DNA of 29,815 bases, from positions 1,302,001 to 1,331,815 of the forward strand of contig RSEE01000003.1 of the NCBI GenBank assembly GCA_003971905.1. The letters run 5' to 3'. The translations under genes were made by a program, and so were the position numbers. Positions within the stretch are counted from its first letter, which is position 1. Each line of letters opens with the position of its first letter. Positions 11,690 to 25,199 of this stretch are shown here, in pieces. The notes under the pieces were generated by a model. That model did no database searches. It saw only the letters and a program-made list of their open reading frames with translations, and was not told the DNA's origin. The stretch is from Moniliella sp. 'wahieum' (taxonomy: Eukaryota).

Positions 11690-12400
11690 AGTAAAAGTCG
11701 CCTTCAAACGATGGAAGCAACGTTGAGCCAAGGATGAATAATGTCACCCTCAATCTCCACCGATACAGCCTCAACTCATCACAATCATACTGTCCCAGCC
11801 CAGGAGAAGAGCGTGGGGTACGCAGATCAGAGATCTCCTTCATCAAAGGTAAGTGGGTGTCACCGGTTACCACTTACTTACTACCCAAGATCCAGGTTCA
11901 AAGAAAGACGATTTGAGGGGTATCTTCTGTCCCAGCTTATTGTAGACCAAGATCAGGAGAAGGCCTGGGTCCAGTCCCCAGCTCAATCGGACCACATGAT
12001 TGACTGAGTATGACGGATCCAGGATGGTCGGATGATATGCCGCTGTCGTGCCAGGGTACAGAAACTTTTGAGCGGCTGGCCCGGGCACCTGGCTCAGATG
12101 AGAGTCCGGGCCGTCGCTAGGCAGCAGTACCACTCCCTTTTTCCTGATCTGACGGTCCCCAGCCGTACGAGAGGGGGGGTTGTGGCTGGAGGGTGGCCGT
12201 CAGGGGCAAGGTAACCACGGACCATCCATCGCCACTACGCACAAATGGGTACTGAGAATAACTCCAAGCACCAAAGGAAGACGGTATGTCTACGACGCCG
12301 TGTACGCTGTTGTAGTATGGCCCTCGAGGACCGGGTACTGGTCCAGATGCTGTGGGACAAAAAGCGAGGAGATTGCATGTAATACGCTTGATGGCGGTGA
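11690..12400 (+). mobile_element. Possible second, oppositely oriented Ty3/gypsy 3' relic
   Basis: VTLNLHRYSL...RR...KWVSPVTTYLLP resembles the region around the integrase GPF motif (VSPxxYxLxLP). A decayed chromodomain-like stretch (HMID...RCRxQGY...YHSLFP, joined across frames) follows, then GAGAGGGGGGG at 12169-12179 and TGTGG at 12181. Highly decayed; the end coordinate is a guess. Confidence 0.4.
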
Positions 12401-13377
12401 GCTGGAATGACTCAGTGTGCGATCCGGCGAATTACCTCGGGCGTTTGTGCGACCAGTGGATCGATTGCGTCTTGGCCCCGGGTGTCGTCCTGGACCCAGG
12501 CCAGCAGCATCGTCGGCTCTTGTCCCGGGGAGGACATGCTTGGGGGGTTGGGGCGCCTTCTTCGGTTCCTCTCCCGGGCGCACCCAGACCCGACATCGCG
12601 ATCGACTAGTTTGTTGCTGTGGAACGCAATCGGGGTGGTATGCGTCGAGGACAAAACCAGCGCCACACACACCCTTGTCTCCTTGCACACCTCTTGCCGA
12701 CGTCACTGGAACCTTACGCTACCTTGTGTACCTAAGAACCTGTACGCAGCGCGGTACGCCAGGGGTACTACCCACGGATTCCACGCGGGGGGTTGTGCAT
12801 TGCGGCCAGTTGGACATACGTGACCTCCTAGCATATGAACTAAAATCCATTAGAATCCATCTACCTTGTGCTCTATTAGCCAGGCGTATGCGACCCGACG
12901 AAATATACCGACCCGAGCCGCAGCTCGGGAAGCGTGTCGAATACGATGGTGCACCGGACCTTGCACGAGCGAGCAAGCGGGCGCACGGCCACCGTAGCAG
13001 ACAGACAGCAAGGCCCCAAGAGGTATGGGTCAAATACGCCAAGATAAGGAAGGTCCAGAAAGACATGTACATGCATTCACAAGTACCCGTTGTACCGCAG
13101 CATCTGCAAATCGTGGCGGGGGTTGGGGGGGGGTTGGGGAAGGTTACATGTACACACGTCCACATCGATGCGTACGCCTTCAAGTACCCCCCGCAGCGCG
13201 CCGCCTAACTCGGACTCCTGTCCAGCACGCACACGCATTCGCAATCCGTAAAGGAGCAGAACGATTCCTCTTGCCAGGGGGGAGAGCAAAATAAACCAGA
13301 CCAACCAATCGATCCAACGTCGCCCCTGCGCCCTGCGCGCCGCACCACGTACATCTACAACCGCCTCTGCCGCCTCC

Positions 13378-14406
<1,029 letters not shown>

Positions 14407-14843
14407 GATGGTGGTGGTGGGTGCTCAACGCGGGCGCGGGATAATCGCTGAGCTCGGTGACCCTGGACCGTCGACCGTCGAGAAGCGGTAAGGCCTAAGG
14501 CGCAAGAAGCCCTCCGGCAGACGCCATCGCCGGGCGCCGATCGTACATGTTGGGGCGTGCGCGGGACGCGCGACAGGCAAGTGCTGCGCGTCTGGAAAGC
14601 GATCGATGCGACCGATGCCCGAGGGTCCGTGCGGTGGGCCGAGGCGCGACCAGCGATGGATGTGCGCGGGGGGCAGCTGCTGGCGACTCAGCAATCGACG
14701 GAGGCACTCGCTAACCCCCCCCGCGCAAGGCGGGCGCAGCGGTGGAGCAGCGCTGAGTGCCGCCATCTCCGCCGCCCTTCAGCTTGTATCCTGCGCACGG
14801 CCCCTTGAAATGTAAGACTGGAGGCAACCCGATGCGACGCGTG

Positions 14844-14892
14844 CATCATGCATCATGCATCATGCATCATGCGTCATGCATCATGCATCATG
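14844..14892. repeat. (CATCATG)7 microsatellite, one unit CGTCATG
   Basis: Read directly. Confidence 0.95.
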
Positions 14893-14958
14893 TGCCTCCT
14901 CTTCCTTCCTCTTCCGGCAGCTATGCAAGTAACCCTAATGCCAGCGTCACAGAGTTGC

Positions 14959-15000
14959 CGTCACGCGTCACGCGTCATGCGTCACATGTCACGTGTCACA
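14959..15000. repeat. (YGTCAYR)6 7-bp tandem repeat
   Basis: cgtcacg cgtcacg cgtcatg cgtcaca tgtcacg tgtcaca read directly. Confidence 0.9.
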
Positions 15001-16064
15001 CAACATTGTGGCCGCGCCGTGCCCTTCCGTGCGGTGCTCACCATTAACCACGACCGCTGCACTGTTGAATCTGGACAAGGACAAGCCCTGCCTCCCTGCC
15101 GCCCCGCCTCCTTGCGCCGCCCGCCTCGCTTTGGACTCCAGGCGTGCAGCTGCCCCCCTGTCTTCGCTGGCCGCTCGCCCTTCCCCTCGCCGGCTGACTC
15201 GGCCTCGCCTGGCTCGCCGTTCGCCATCAACGCCCCCAGCTGCGGCGGCCGTTCGTCTGTCTGGCGAGCTTGCATCTCCGTAGCCCGGAAGGACGACTGA
15301 TTGTCCATGGTGACCTCCCGCGGCGCCCCAAACGGTCGGATCCACCAGTGGCAGAGGACGTATGCAACGGGTGGAACGCCACGCTTCCCCCCCGGGTTGG
15401 CGGGGTACCGGAACAGATCTTCTTTGGGCCCACAGGAACCATCCCTCGGAGCACTTGCAGCCGGGCGTGCCTTATTTGGTCACCGCCGGCTCGGAGCCGG
15501 ACGCCCCCGACCCGGAGCTTCAGCCCTACTTCCATTCGGCCAGTCGGTACCCCCCGTGTTCCATGACCGCATGCTTGTGACGGTGGTGGCCCGAAGGGGT
15601 CGCCCAAGGGCGATCGGATGGAGGTCAAGGGTCACTACCGCATTGCGGGGCGCGAATCTGAGTCGTCCTACTTCATGGAAACGTTCGGGCCTGGCGTCGT
15701 CCACTGCCGCTTCCTGGCGGCTTGCCTCGCCCACGCGCCCATCGACTTCCTTCCCTCCCCGTTGCATCGTTTCAACCCACATCGTCCTGTGTCCCGAGTT
15801 GCCCCCGTCCGTGTCACCATTCGGCCGCCAGAGTTTGGCGCGTGACCTTCCAATCCCGTCTGACGGCGATGCACCAGCCCTGACCACCTGCCTGCCTTGG
15901 TCAGGCTGCTACACCTGATCGTCCTGCTCGACATCCACCCCAACCTCCCGTGACGCGTGACACCAGCAGACACGCTCGCGTCTGCCTGCTCTTCAAGGGC
16001 CAGCTTGCCGCCTCGAACCTCCGTGACTGATTCATCTTCATCCGCGCTGCCCTCGACGCGATCA

Positions 16065-17182
16065 ACCTGGACTATTGTCCTCGTCACACCCCCTGTGGCC
16101 CATCCTAGATGGTTCATCTGCCATCCTCATACCTTTGCTCCGCATGCTCGCCGGCATTGCGCGCCACTTGGTCCATCACCAGATCGAGTTTGAGTGCTGG
16201 CAGTGCCATCCTCGAGGTTCCTGAGGTAACATCAGGTACCCTCATTCTGTTCACAACCATCGGCCAACTCGCCCACAAAAATCTCGTCGATCTTCTTCGC
16301 TCCCTATCCCAGGACAAGCGGCTTGAACGGATTGTACTGGAAGAAGCACACCTCATCCCTCTGCAATGCCACTGGCAATGCGAGTTTGACAATATTTCCT
16401 TCCTTAACCCCTTTCTCGCCTATACACGCCTCCTTGCATTCTCACGCCGTATGGGATGTGGAGGAGCTGGAGCCAATGTTATCAAAAGACCGCTCGTTTG
16501 GTTTTCCCATTTTAACCCGCCAGTCCCTCGACTCGAGGTGCAGTGTATGGACCACGCGTCAGACCCAGTGGCGTGCATGCCATATTTTTCGTCTGTTATC
16601 GATGCGTCTTGAAGCCCGAGAAGCTTGGTGTACAAACCCATGTCAACCACCTGCACCTCGTCGCACCATCATCATCGTCAACTCGTGCAGCGAAGCAAGG
16701 ACAACTGCATCCTACCTTGCTGTTCCAGTACGTCTTTCTCACTCCCTTGTTCCCAATTGGATTGCTTGTTCATTCTAATTAATCCCTTGCCTGTTTCGTT
16801 AGTACTACCTTCCCCCTCGTCCCGCATCGGCCCGGTAGGGGACACCCATGCTGCCCAGGTGGAAGAAGGGGCGGAGAATGTGGCACGATTTGTGCGCGGT
16901 GACGAAGCGGTGCTTGTTGGAAATAAGGAGCTTTCCATATCTGTGGACGTGCCCGACTGCGACAAGGTCATTTGGGTAGATACCTCATTTACTGGCCTCG
17001 GCCTTCTCCAGGCGGCCGCCCTGGAAGCCAAATGCGCGGGCGAACGAGGCCAACTGATCATTCTCGCCTCGCAAGACCAGATTCGCCACGAGCTACAGCG
17101 CCCACGTACGAATGAACGTCGGATCTATGTGGGCAAGGTAGTGTATTGGCTGCACACCTCCCATTGCTCATGGAGGCGGTGA
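16065..17182 (+). pseudogene. Degenerate RecQ-like SF2 helicase (telomere-linked or transposon-associated type)
   Basis: Motifs in order: Ia TIVLVTP; II RLERIVLEEAHLI (DEAH changed to EEAH) followed by an aromatic loop W..EF; III RLLAFS; IV TIIIVNS.SEA; V VLVGNKELSISVDVPDCDKVI; VI decayed (LLQAAALEAKCAG). No Walker A found, and the motifs lie in different frames. Confidence 0.75.
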
Positions 17183-17330
17183 CCACCTGCCTCTATACGC
17201 GACCCATGAGGTGTGAAAATGTGGATGGTGCCTAACAGTGTACTGCGTGCAAGCTCCAAGATGTTGCTCTTACTACCCCAGCGCCAGCGACGCTTGACAA
17301 CCCTTCGCTCCCTCCACAGCCTACGCTTCC

Positions 17331-19558
17331 GTAGAATGCACCAGCTTTTGACGGACGTTACTGGTTTTGTTCAGCCGAGAAAGTTCACCGCGCTATTGGG
17401 CGAGTCTGGCGCGGGAAAGACAACACTGCTCAAAACCCTAACAGCAAATGGGGTACTGCCAACAACGACACCAGGTACCCACCACCACTGTACGCGAAGC
17501 GCTTTAGTTCAGCGCTATCCTGTGCCAACCCTCGACAGTGCTAAAGGAAGAAAATTGGCCTATGCCGAGGGATCCGCATGATGGAGATGGAGCTGCTGAC
17601 TCTTGTCGGAAATGTGGGAGAAGGTCTATCGGTCGAGCAGCGCAAGCGTCTTACCATTGCTGTTGAATTGACAGCGAAACCTCAGTTGCTTCTCTTCCTG
17701 GACGAGCCCACGTCGGGGATGGGCTCATTGGTCGCTTCTTCCATCGTCCGTTTCTTCGTCGCCTTGCCGATTCCAGCCAATCCGTCCTTTGTACCATCTA
17801 CCAATCCTCAGGTGAACTGTTCATCCAGTTTGACTGCCTCATTCTTCTCCAAAAGGAGATAAGGTTGCGTACGAAGGCGAACTGCACAACAATCATGTCT
17901 GTGGCCAGCTCATTGATTACTTTGAATCCCATTCGGGCGTCCTTGGCCCCGCCGATGCGAACCCTTCCGAATTTATGCTAGACTGCATCGACACCGGTGC
18001 GACTCGAGCACGGACAAGGACTGGCCCAGCTGTATTGCGACAGCTTCCTCCTCATCGACACGGAAGCCGCTGTTCAACGCATTTCCAACCGTCATCGTGA
18101 CCCCCAGTACCTACCTACCGAGGAGTCTCTCAAGGATGGCGTCTACACCAACGGGTACCGCACCTAGCTAACTCAACTCATCAAACGTACCTTCCTCCAT
18201 CTCTTGCGCTCTCCTTCTTACATTGGCGGGAAGATTGGTCTTTCCGTTTTGGCTAACCTCTTTGTCTCTTCCTCTTTCTGGGGGCAGGCAAGTTGCGCTC
18301 CATGCGGAGTTTCCAGAATAAACTGTTTAGCGTGTACGTTTTTGACCCCGGTATCTTTATCCCCAGTTGCACGCCTCTCTCCCTTCTTTGCTGCCCCTAA
18401 CTGCCTTTGTTTTTTATCTACTTCAGCTTTATCGGTAGCGTGCTCGCCACCACAAGCACGCAACAGCTCTCGGTCCACTACATTCATATACACACCTTAT
18501 TTGAGACGCGGGAGTTTCCCAGCCGGATGTACAGCATTTCCATGATCACTACTTCCCTTGGCTATTATTGAACTACCTTGGAACTAGCTCGCTGGTCCTG
18601 TCTTCTACGGGGTGGTGGCACGGCAGGACAGGCGTTCAGATGGTTCTGGTACGCCATCTTGTTTACCTCATGCTACACCACCCTGGGTATCGCACTCATG
18701 GCTCTAGCGCCCAGGCCCATGCTGGTAGCTTGCTCTTGCCATTGTTTTCGCCTTTTGTATGCATGTACGTTTGAACTCCCCTTTGACCGCTCCACTCCCA
18801 CCCACAGGGGAGGATGGGTTTCTGACCTATTATTATACGATGCTTTACAGTGCTGCATGTGATGCGCAGTCTCCTCCTGCGCTAATGACCAAGTTCTGGT
18901 CGTCATGGATGTGCCCACTCACCCCATTGAGGTACTACTTCGAGGCGGTCGTGTCCTATGTGGTCCTCCCCATCAAAGTGGTACTAAGTGCCCCGTCTGA
19001 ACTGGCTGTCATTGTGCCTCCTGCGGGGCAGACCTGCGCCGCCTGCCTCGCCGACTTTTGATCTGTCTTCGAAAAGCCGTGTGGCCAGGGTTATTAGTAC
19101 ATCAATCCCGGATGGCACCTGCGGCTACTGCCGGTACCGCAACGGCACTGATTACCTCGTCTCCTTGCGGTCAAGGTCGGTTATCGCTTCTGCGATATTG
19201 TCATCTTGATTTCGTACGTTCCCGCTCCCCTCCTGGCGCCTTTCTGGACACACCCAGCATCCTGAATGATTTAGCTTTTCAAGCCTGTTGTGCTTGATCT
19301 CTTCCTAGTGTGTCTTCCCCACTGACACATGCCTTTCTCTTTTTGCCAAATCCCAGGTACATTGCCTTCAACACCATCCTTTGTTACGCAGCGAGTGCCC
19401 TGCGTTCACGGAACCCAAAAGCTGCCAAAGTCCAACGCCAGGAACGGGATGAATTCCACGCCCACATGGCCCAGCTTGACGCTTCCTTGGCTTTTTCCCC
19501 ACATGAAACCAAGGTCGGCACCCCGCGGTTCGATTCTCCCAAGACAGTTGACGCTTAA
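17331..19558 (+). pseudogene. PDR-type (ABCG) transporter pseudogene, second half only (NBD2 + TMD2), intron-containing
   Basis: [94 protein letters not shown]..; CGYCRYRNGTDYL; YIAFN. The Walker A-to-signature span is too short, the D-loop reads SGMGS instead of SGLDS, and there is an in-frame TAG at 18165 where Gln is expected. NBD1/TMD1 are absent. Confidence 0.88.
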
Positions 19559-21359
19559 TTTGTTACCGCACATCGAGCACGCTCTTCCTCGATTACCAAA
19601 TTTCCTTCTTTGTTGAGTATCCGTTACCATTGCTGCGTCCATCATCCTGGTGGTGCTATGGTTCCCCGTGTGTACTTGGAGTGAAAAGGGAACCTAACCA
19701 TATCCAGGGCAACGAGTCGAATTCAAACCTGCCCTCAGTCAGCACAGTCGATCTCAGGGAGTCTGACAGGTGGAAAGATTCTGGTAAACATTAGTAGAAA
19801 TTGGCCTTTTACTTACCACTAGAGACCACAGGGCCTACGGCCAAGTGCTGTCATGCGTTAGAATGGCACGACGTTGCTCACTGCATAGTAACACTGGGCA
19901 TCCCTCCCCGACGTCTGCCATGACCGGCTCGTTAACAGTACTGCGCGATGGTCCCGGCAGGCGCGAGAGCAATGTGCGGGAGGGAACGCGGGGAAGGGCA
20001 ACATAAGTGATATTGGTTCCTTCCCACGGTTCCCGCTTCTGCCAACATACACCTCGCCACCGTAGAAGGCTCGATTAGAATCTTCTCCATTCGGTGTTGG
20101 GCCTGGGGCAATCCGTATGCAGTACCTTACATATGCTCGTTCGCCGGTCACATATGCTCGTTCACCTGTCGTGGTCAGAACAGGGTAGCAGGAATGTACT
20201 GGAGGCAACGCGGCGCAGGTTGAGGGAGGGGTGTCAGAATCATACCGTTCTAGGGGCCTTGCCCACTAGGCCCGTATGGGCACTATGGAGTGATTCCTAT
20301 CAATTGGGAGATTCTGTGTCCACACCTCTCGACTGTGCCCCCTTCCTGAGGAGGTCATACACCTCCTCTGCGTCCATAGACGTATGCAATCCATCTGCGT
20401 ACCTTCCCCCATCTCCGTCTGTTGACAAGGGTGGTGCGTGTTGCGGTTGGGATGAACTGTAGACTCCCAGATGTGCCCCACGTGTCATTGGACCGCCCAC
20501 CGGCTCAAGATTTGGGGAAAAGGAGGGTAATGGAGGGTCCAGGAGAGGGAAGACAATGATGAGGTGGACAAGTGTATTCCCTGGCTGGAGTTGGAAGATA
20601 GGTGTTGTGAGGCACTGAGTGAGCCAAACATGGTCATGGTCCCCCCCTTTCTTCCACCCTCGACGAGATCATGTCCGAGGGGCTGTCCAGCATGGATTTA
20701 GTTTGGCCACGGTCTCGCAGCCGCTGCCTTTGGAATGGTGTTGGTGGGCCGACTTGATTTGGATCAGGACCGCTGGTCAGCGGCTTCGGCGGCCTGGGTT
20801 CAGCTTGCCTCCGGTGCGCCAGCACCGCCATGCGTGTTATCCCCCGCATCGTGTCTGTGCATCACGCCTGGGGCCCACACGGTCGTGCAAGTGTGCCCCG
20901 AAGTTGCATGTCGTGGGTAAGGAATGCGAGAAGGATCGGCAGGAGTTGGACTGGTGGACACGGGGAGGGAGGAGGTGATGGTGGAGACTGACATGGGGGC
21001 GTTGGACGCTCAACCGAGCTACCCACTTTGTTGGGGTCGAATCGACCGTCAGCCACTGCATTGCTTCATTCGCGCAATTCACCACGACGCAAGCGACCTC
21101 CACCGTCCACATCGACAAGCAAAAACACTCGCCGGGCGTCTGCTGCTACCGCCAGCTGCCCCCCTCGTCCCCGATCGCGCCCCGACCGCGTCCAGACACC
21201 GAAATACCATCCGACTATATACCATCCGCTTGCCCCCCACACCCTTTGGTATGGATCCAAACGCAAAATCCGCGTTCTAAGGGTTCTCATGCATTACACA
21301 TAGTGGCCGCTGGGAGGATGGACGTACGAAGAAATGCTCAGGTAACCCGTTAGTGCTGT

Positions 21360-22410
21360 CACTAAGGTCGCTCACGACACAAGCCAGAGTCAATGATCAA
21401 ACGAACACGCCCACAACCATGATCGTCAGAAAACAAGTTAACCCTTGCCCCCGTCTGGCACATCAGGAGTTTCATGCGCGTTCGGCCCGGCCCACCATCG
21501 TCCACCGCAGCTCTGTAACCAGGCCGTGATGGGAAGAGATCTTGGCCAGCCTCGCCGTTTTGGGCCCCTACATACCCTCCAAAGAGTGCTGGTGGTGCGG
21601 GTGACGGGTGGAACAGCCTACTCCCCACCAATGCGGAATGTCAGCAACTTGGGCCCCCCAGAGAACATGAACCACGTGCCACCGACGACAAATTGGCGCA
21701 CCGGGCCCAACCTAGGTCGGTAAGCCCGAGAGCGGGTACCGCGACCAAACATCACGAGGGACAGTCAACACCAGCTCAGCTTCTCATCCAGCAGGTCGTA
21801 CACCCCCATGACTGACCCACTTTCCTTGGGCTTGCGCGAGGCGATCTGCAGGTGCGCAACCCCGTTTTCCTCGGCACCAGGTCGCGGCAGAAGCTGGCCA
21901 AGTTTCGACCCACATCTTCTTAATGGTCATCGATATCTTGCAACCCTCTCCGGTGTTCTCATCACCCACGCCCCCGGTCACCGTAGACAACGGGTTCTGG
22001 CCAACCTTCCCCGCCACCATTCGAGCTTGTCATTGCCTGGAAGTGTTTGATCGGCGGCGGAGGAAATGCCGCTCAGTATAGGGTGGCGATCATTTACTTC
22101 ATCCATCGGCTATTGTCCTGCGCCTAGCGTATTGGTACCTGTTTGGCGGCCTGGTCAGTACGTCACTGGAGAACAAGGGTTGGGTGGTCCCGTACATGAT
22201 GAACAACAAGTGGATGTAGTAGCAGTGCCAATGTGGCGCAGAAAAGAGGGAAACTGTATTGGCACGTCTCGCACTTCGGCGCGGCCGAATGACCGAAATG
22301 AATAGGGTGGTGCTATAGACTTGTCGCATGCGAACAGGCTCCAAAAGCGGACCGACGAGATGCCCCACCGCCTCACAGAGTGCCTTGATGGAAGCGTCAA
22401 CACCATCTTG
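21360..22410 (-). pseudogene. Copy A of an unrecognised intron-containing gene family (boundaries approximate)
   Basis: 21630-22330 aligns by eye with 29100-29815. Intron at 22139-22195 (GTACGG..TACTGAC..AAACAG). In-frame stops are present (VPIR*AQDNSRWMK*). Confidence 0.6.
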
Positions 22411-25199
22411 GCCGCAGCACCACCGCGGGAGACAGGTGCGGTATGAGCCCAGTCGCATCAGGGATACCAGCAGGCCCCAATGGAAGACACCATATCCAAC
22501 CCCGTCTTGTCAGTGCCTTGAATAACAGCAACCGGAATACCACCACTGTTGGCACTCGAAAGCCTAAGGCACCCATATGGGCTGGCAAGGAGAAAGAGCT
22601 TTGTCCCACTTCTGACCAGCCGTATCACTCTCGGATCCGCCCCTCCGGGATTGCCTTCACTTCACGCCAGAGCTACTCGTCCATCTGCTGGAGCTGGGCC
22701 GCCAGATCCTCCGCCCTTATTGAACGGGGAAGATGTCGAATATTCGGTTGCAGAGCCCCCCGCACCAAAGCAGACGGTCCCGCACCGGTAACCCGTGCAA
22801 CGAGGCGCAGAGCCGCCTGTGGCCCACCTCACAGCCGCGTCCCAGGACGCGGCGGACGCGCCGTCCACCCTGGGACGCCTGCTTTGACCTGGCGGTGCGC
22901 GCACGCCAAATCATCAATAGCTGGGGCCAGGCCCCCTCGGGATCGGCCCTGGGGAGACGCAAACGTCGATCGAGGAGCCTCCCTGCAAGCCCGCCTTCGG
23001 AAGGAGCAAGCAGGTTAAACGCATCGCGATCGTCGAGATGATCTGGATAGGCAATTCCCAAGCAACCCGCGCCTGGTTGAATAGACGCGGCACCATCGCT
23101 CTGGCCGGCCGCGAGGCTGCTGCGTGCTCCACCACTAGAATGGATCTCAATCGGAACTGCCAGGTTGTCCGCTTCGGTGGCACGTTTGGGCTGAGCCCGC
23201 GACTGCCTGCCGTAGCAGCTGTCGGGTTACGCGAGTTCCCGCCGGCAGCGGGCACGCGCATAACGGCAGGCGACACGATTCGCCACGATCTCCAGGCGGT
23301 GGGCAAGGCGGATGAGAAGGTGGTGAGAGATGGAGAAGGAATCAGTCCAACTTGGCCGTGTCAGGAGGCGCCAGCGGCTTGTTGGTTCACCCGCCACAGG
23401 ATCGTTTCAAGTTTCAATCGTGCAATCAATATTCAATCCTGCTCCGGTGACCCGTGACCGGTGACCCCCCCCGCCGCCTGTATCGCCCAGACGAACGGGC
23501 TCGGTAAGCACCGCTCGGACTGCGTCTCCTGCCACCGCCAGCTGGCGTTTGTCCTGCATCCGACCCACATCCCGCCCAGACGGGATCAACATCCCACTAC
23601 GCACCATCGCTTCGTTCGAGCGAGGGCATAGACCAGAGGAACAACAGTCGGGTAGGGTGTGGTTCTCATGCATTCCCTGCCGACCGGCTGTTTGGGGGAT
23701 GAACGTACGAAGAAAACCCAGGGAACCCGTGAGTACGGTCCCTCACGTCGCGAGCCAGAGCCGACCATCACAGAAACATGCCCCTCAATCAAGGACGACC
23801 GACACAACGCTTCATCCCGTCCAGCTCACGAGGTCTTAGGGTGCGCCCGGCCGTCCGGCCCACTACGCTGGCTGGCTACTTTGGGTCCAGCTTGGGCAAT
23901 CGGCGGCGTGATGGAAACGGGTCGGCAACGGACCTCACCATTTTCGGGTACCGTCCTGATGGCGAGGTCGTGGTTCGAGCCACCTCCTTACGCCAAATGT
24001 CAGAGCAAAACGAGGCCACCATACCAATTTGACTGGACGCACTGCCATACTACCCGAGGGTCGTACACCAAGAGTGCCTTGGACCCATTCGTGGCCAAGT
24101 AGAGCACGCAGTCCAGAACGTTCTGCGGATACACATCTTGCTCGTCTTGTATTCTTCAGCAGCCAAATCACCGCAAATGCCTAGCCCGGCTCCCAGGCTG
24201 TGGTTTTGCAACATGGTCGGCAGGTATACCATTGCTCGCACAGGCAAGAGTCCGAGCGGCAAGGCGAATAAGGAAGACAACCAACGCTTGCTCTCTACCG
24301 GCAGTGTGCCAAAGCAGCCCTGGACTAACCACAGGCGTAGTCACCTCAAGAAGACCAAGGGAACAGAGCTAGACGCCCGTTACACTAAATTGTACGTTGG
24401 TCCTTTGCTTTGGCCTCCGCTTCGAACAAGGCGATCATCTCCTTCTTACACAGCCGCGCGTGCCGGAGGGGCGGGGGCGAGGGGACGAAAGACACGACGT
24501 AGCATAGGCGTCGCGCGTCTTGTCTCTGAAGGACGAAGGGGTTAGGCCGTTGGATATGGATGGACTCTTTGGAGCACCTGCGTTTGCCATCGCGATCTTA
24601 GTGCGGGTGACAGTGGCGTAGGAGCGCCTGACTCGCTGCGGGTTGTTGATGGCTCGGGTTCTACTATCGTGGCCGGAATGTCCCGCAACCCAGCCATGAC
24701 CCCGTGGCTAGCAAATGTGAGCGCTGGATTAGAGGCACCCCGACCTCCAGCTCTGATCGAGCACTTCTGCTTTCTCGATCAGCCAGGCCGAAACGGTGTA
24801 ATCACGGGAGGCAACAGCTTGGTATGCTGGCAGCGAGTAAAACCGCCGTCTTTTCCTTGCGCCGTGTCGAGGAGCAGGCCCGCATCCCCCTTCATGGGGC
24901 CGTTGACCTCGTCCGCCAATACGTTCGCCTCGCTGCCCAAGTCGATGCGTTGCCCTGTGGAGCAAAGCCAAGAGGAGAGAGCAAGTGTGTTCTGCCCAAA
25001 GCGACGGGCATCGGGATGCCAACTTGGTCCTACCATTGACCGACCACATTGCTGCGATCGTCGCCCCGGATGACTTGCCTCGTGCCATTGCTGCTCACCT
25101 GCCCAGGGGAGTTTGGCGCGCGTCAGACCCGTTTCTCCGCCTGGAGCGAAACAGCTGGCGGAGGGGTTGCTGCAAGCACAAACCGCAAAGTGAACAACC

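Noticed and set aside
12417..13208. 263-aa plus-strand ORF and overlapping minus-strand ORFs
   Set aside because: Non-ATG start and no recognisable motif; lies between an LTR-like relic and a 3' UTR.
20900..21120. ELDWW...ETD resembling DIRS/Ngaro RNase H
   Set aside because: No TDAS or DN motifs, and no reverse transcriptase or tyrosine recombinase motifs nearby.
23960..23990. GGTTCGAGCC, like a tRNA T-loop or B box
   Set aside because: Loop and stem geometry are wrong, and there is no A box, acceptor stem or anticodon arm.
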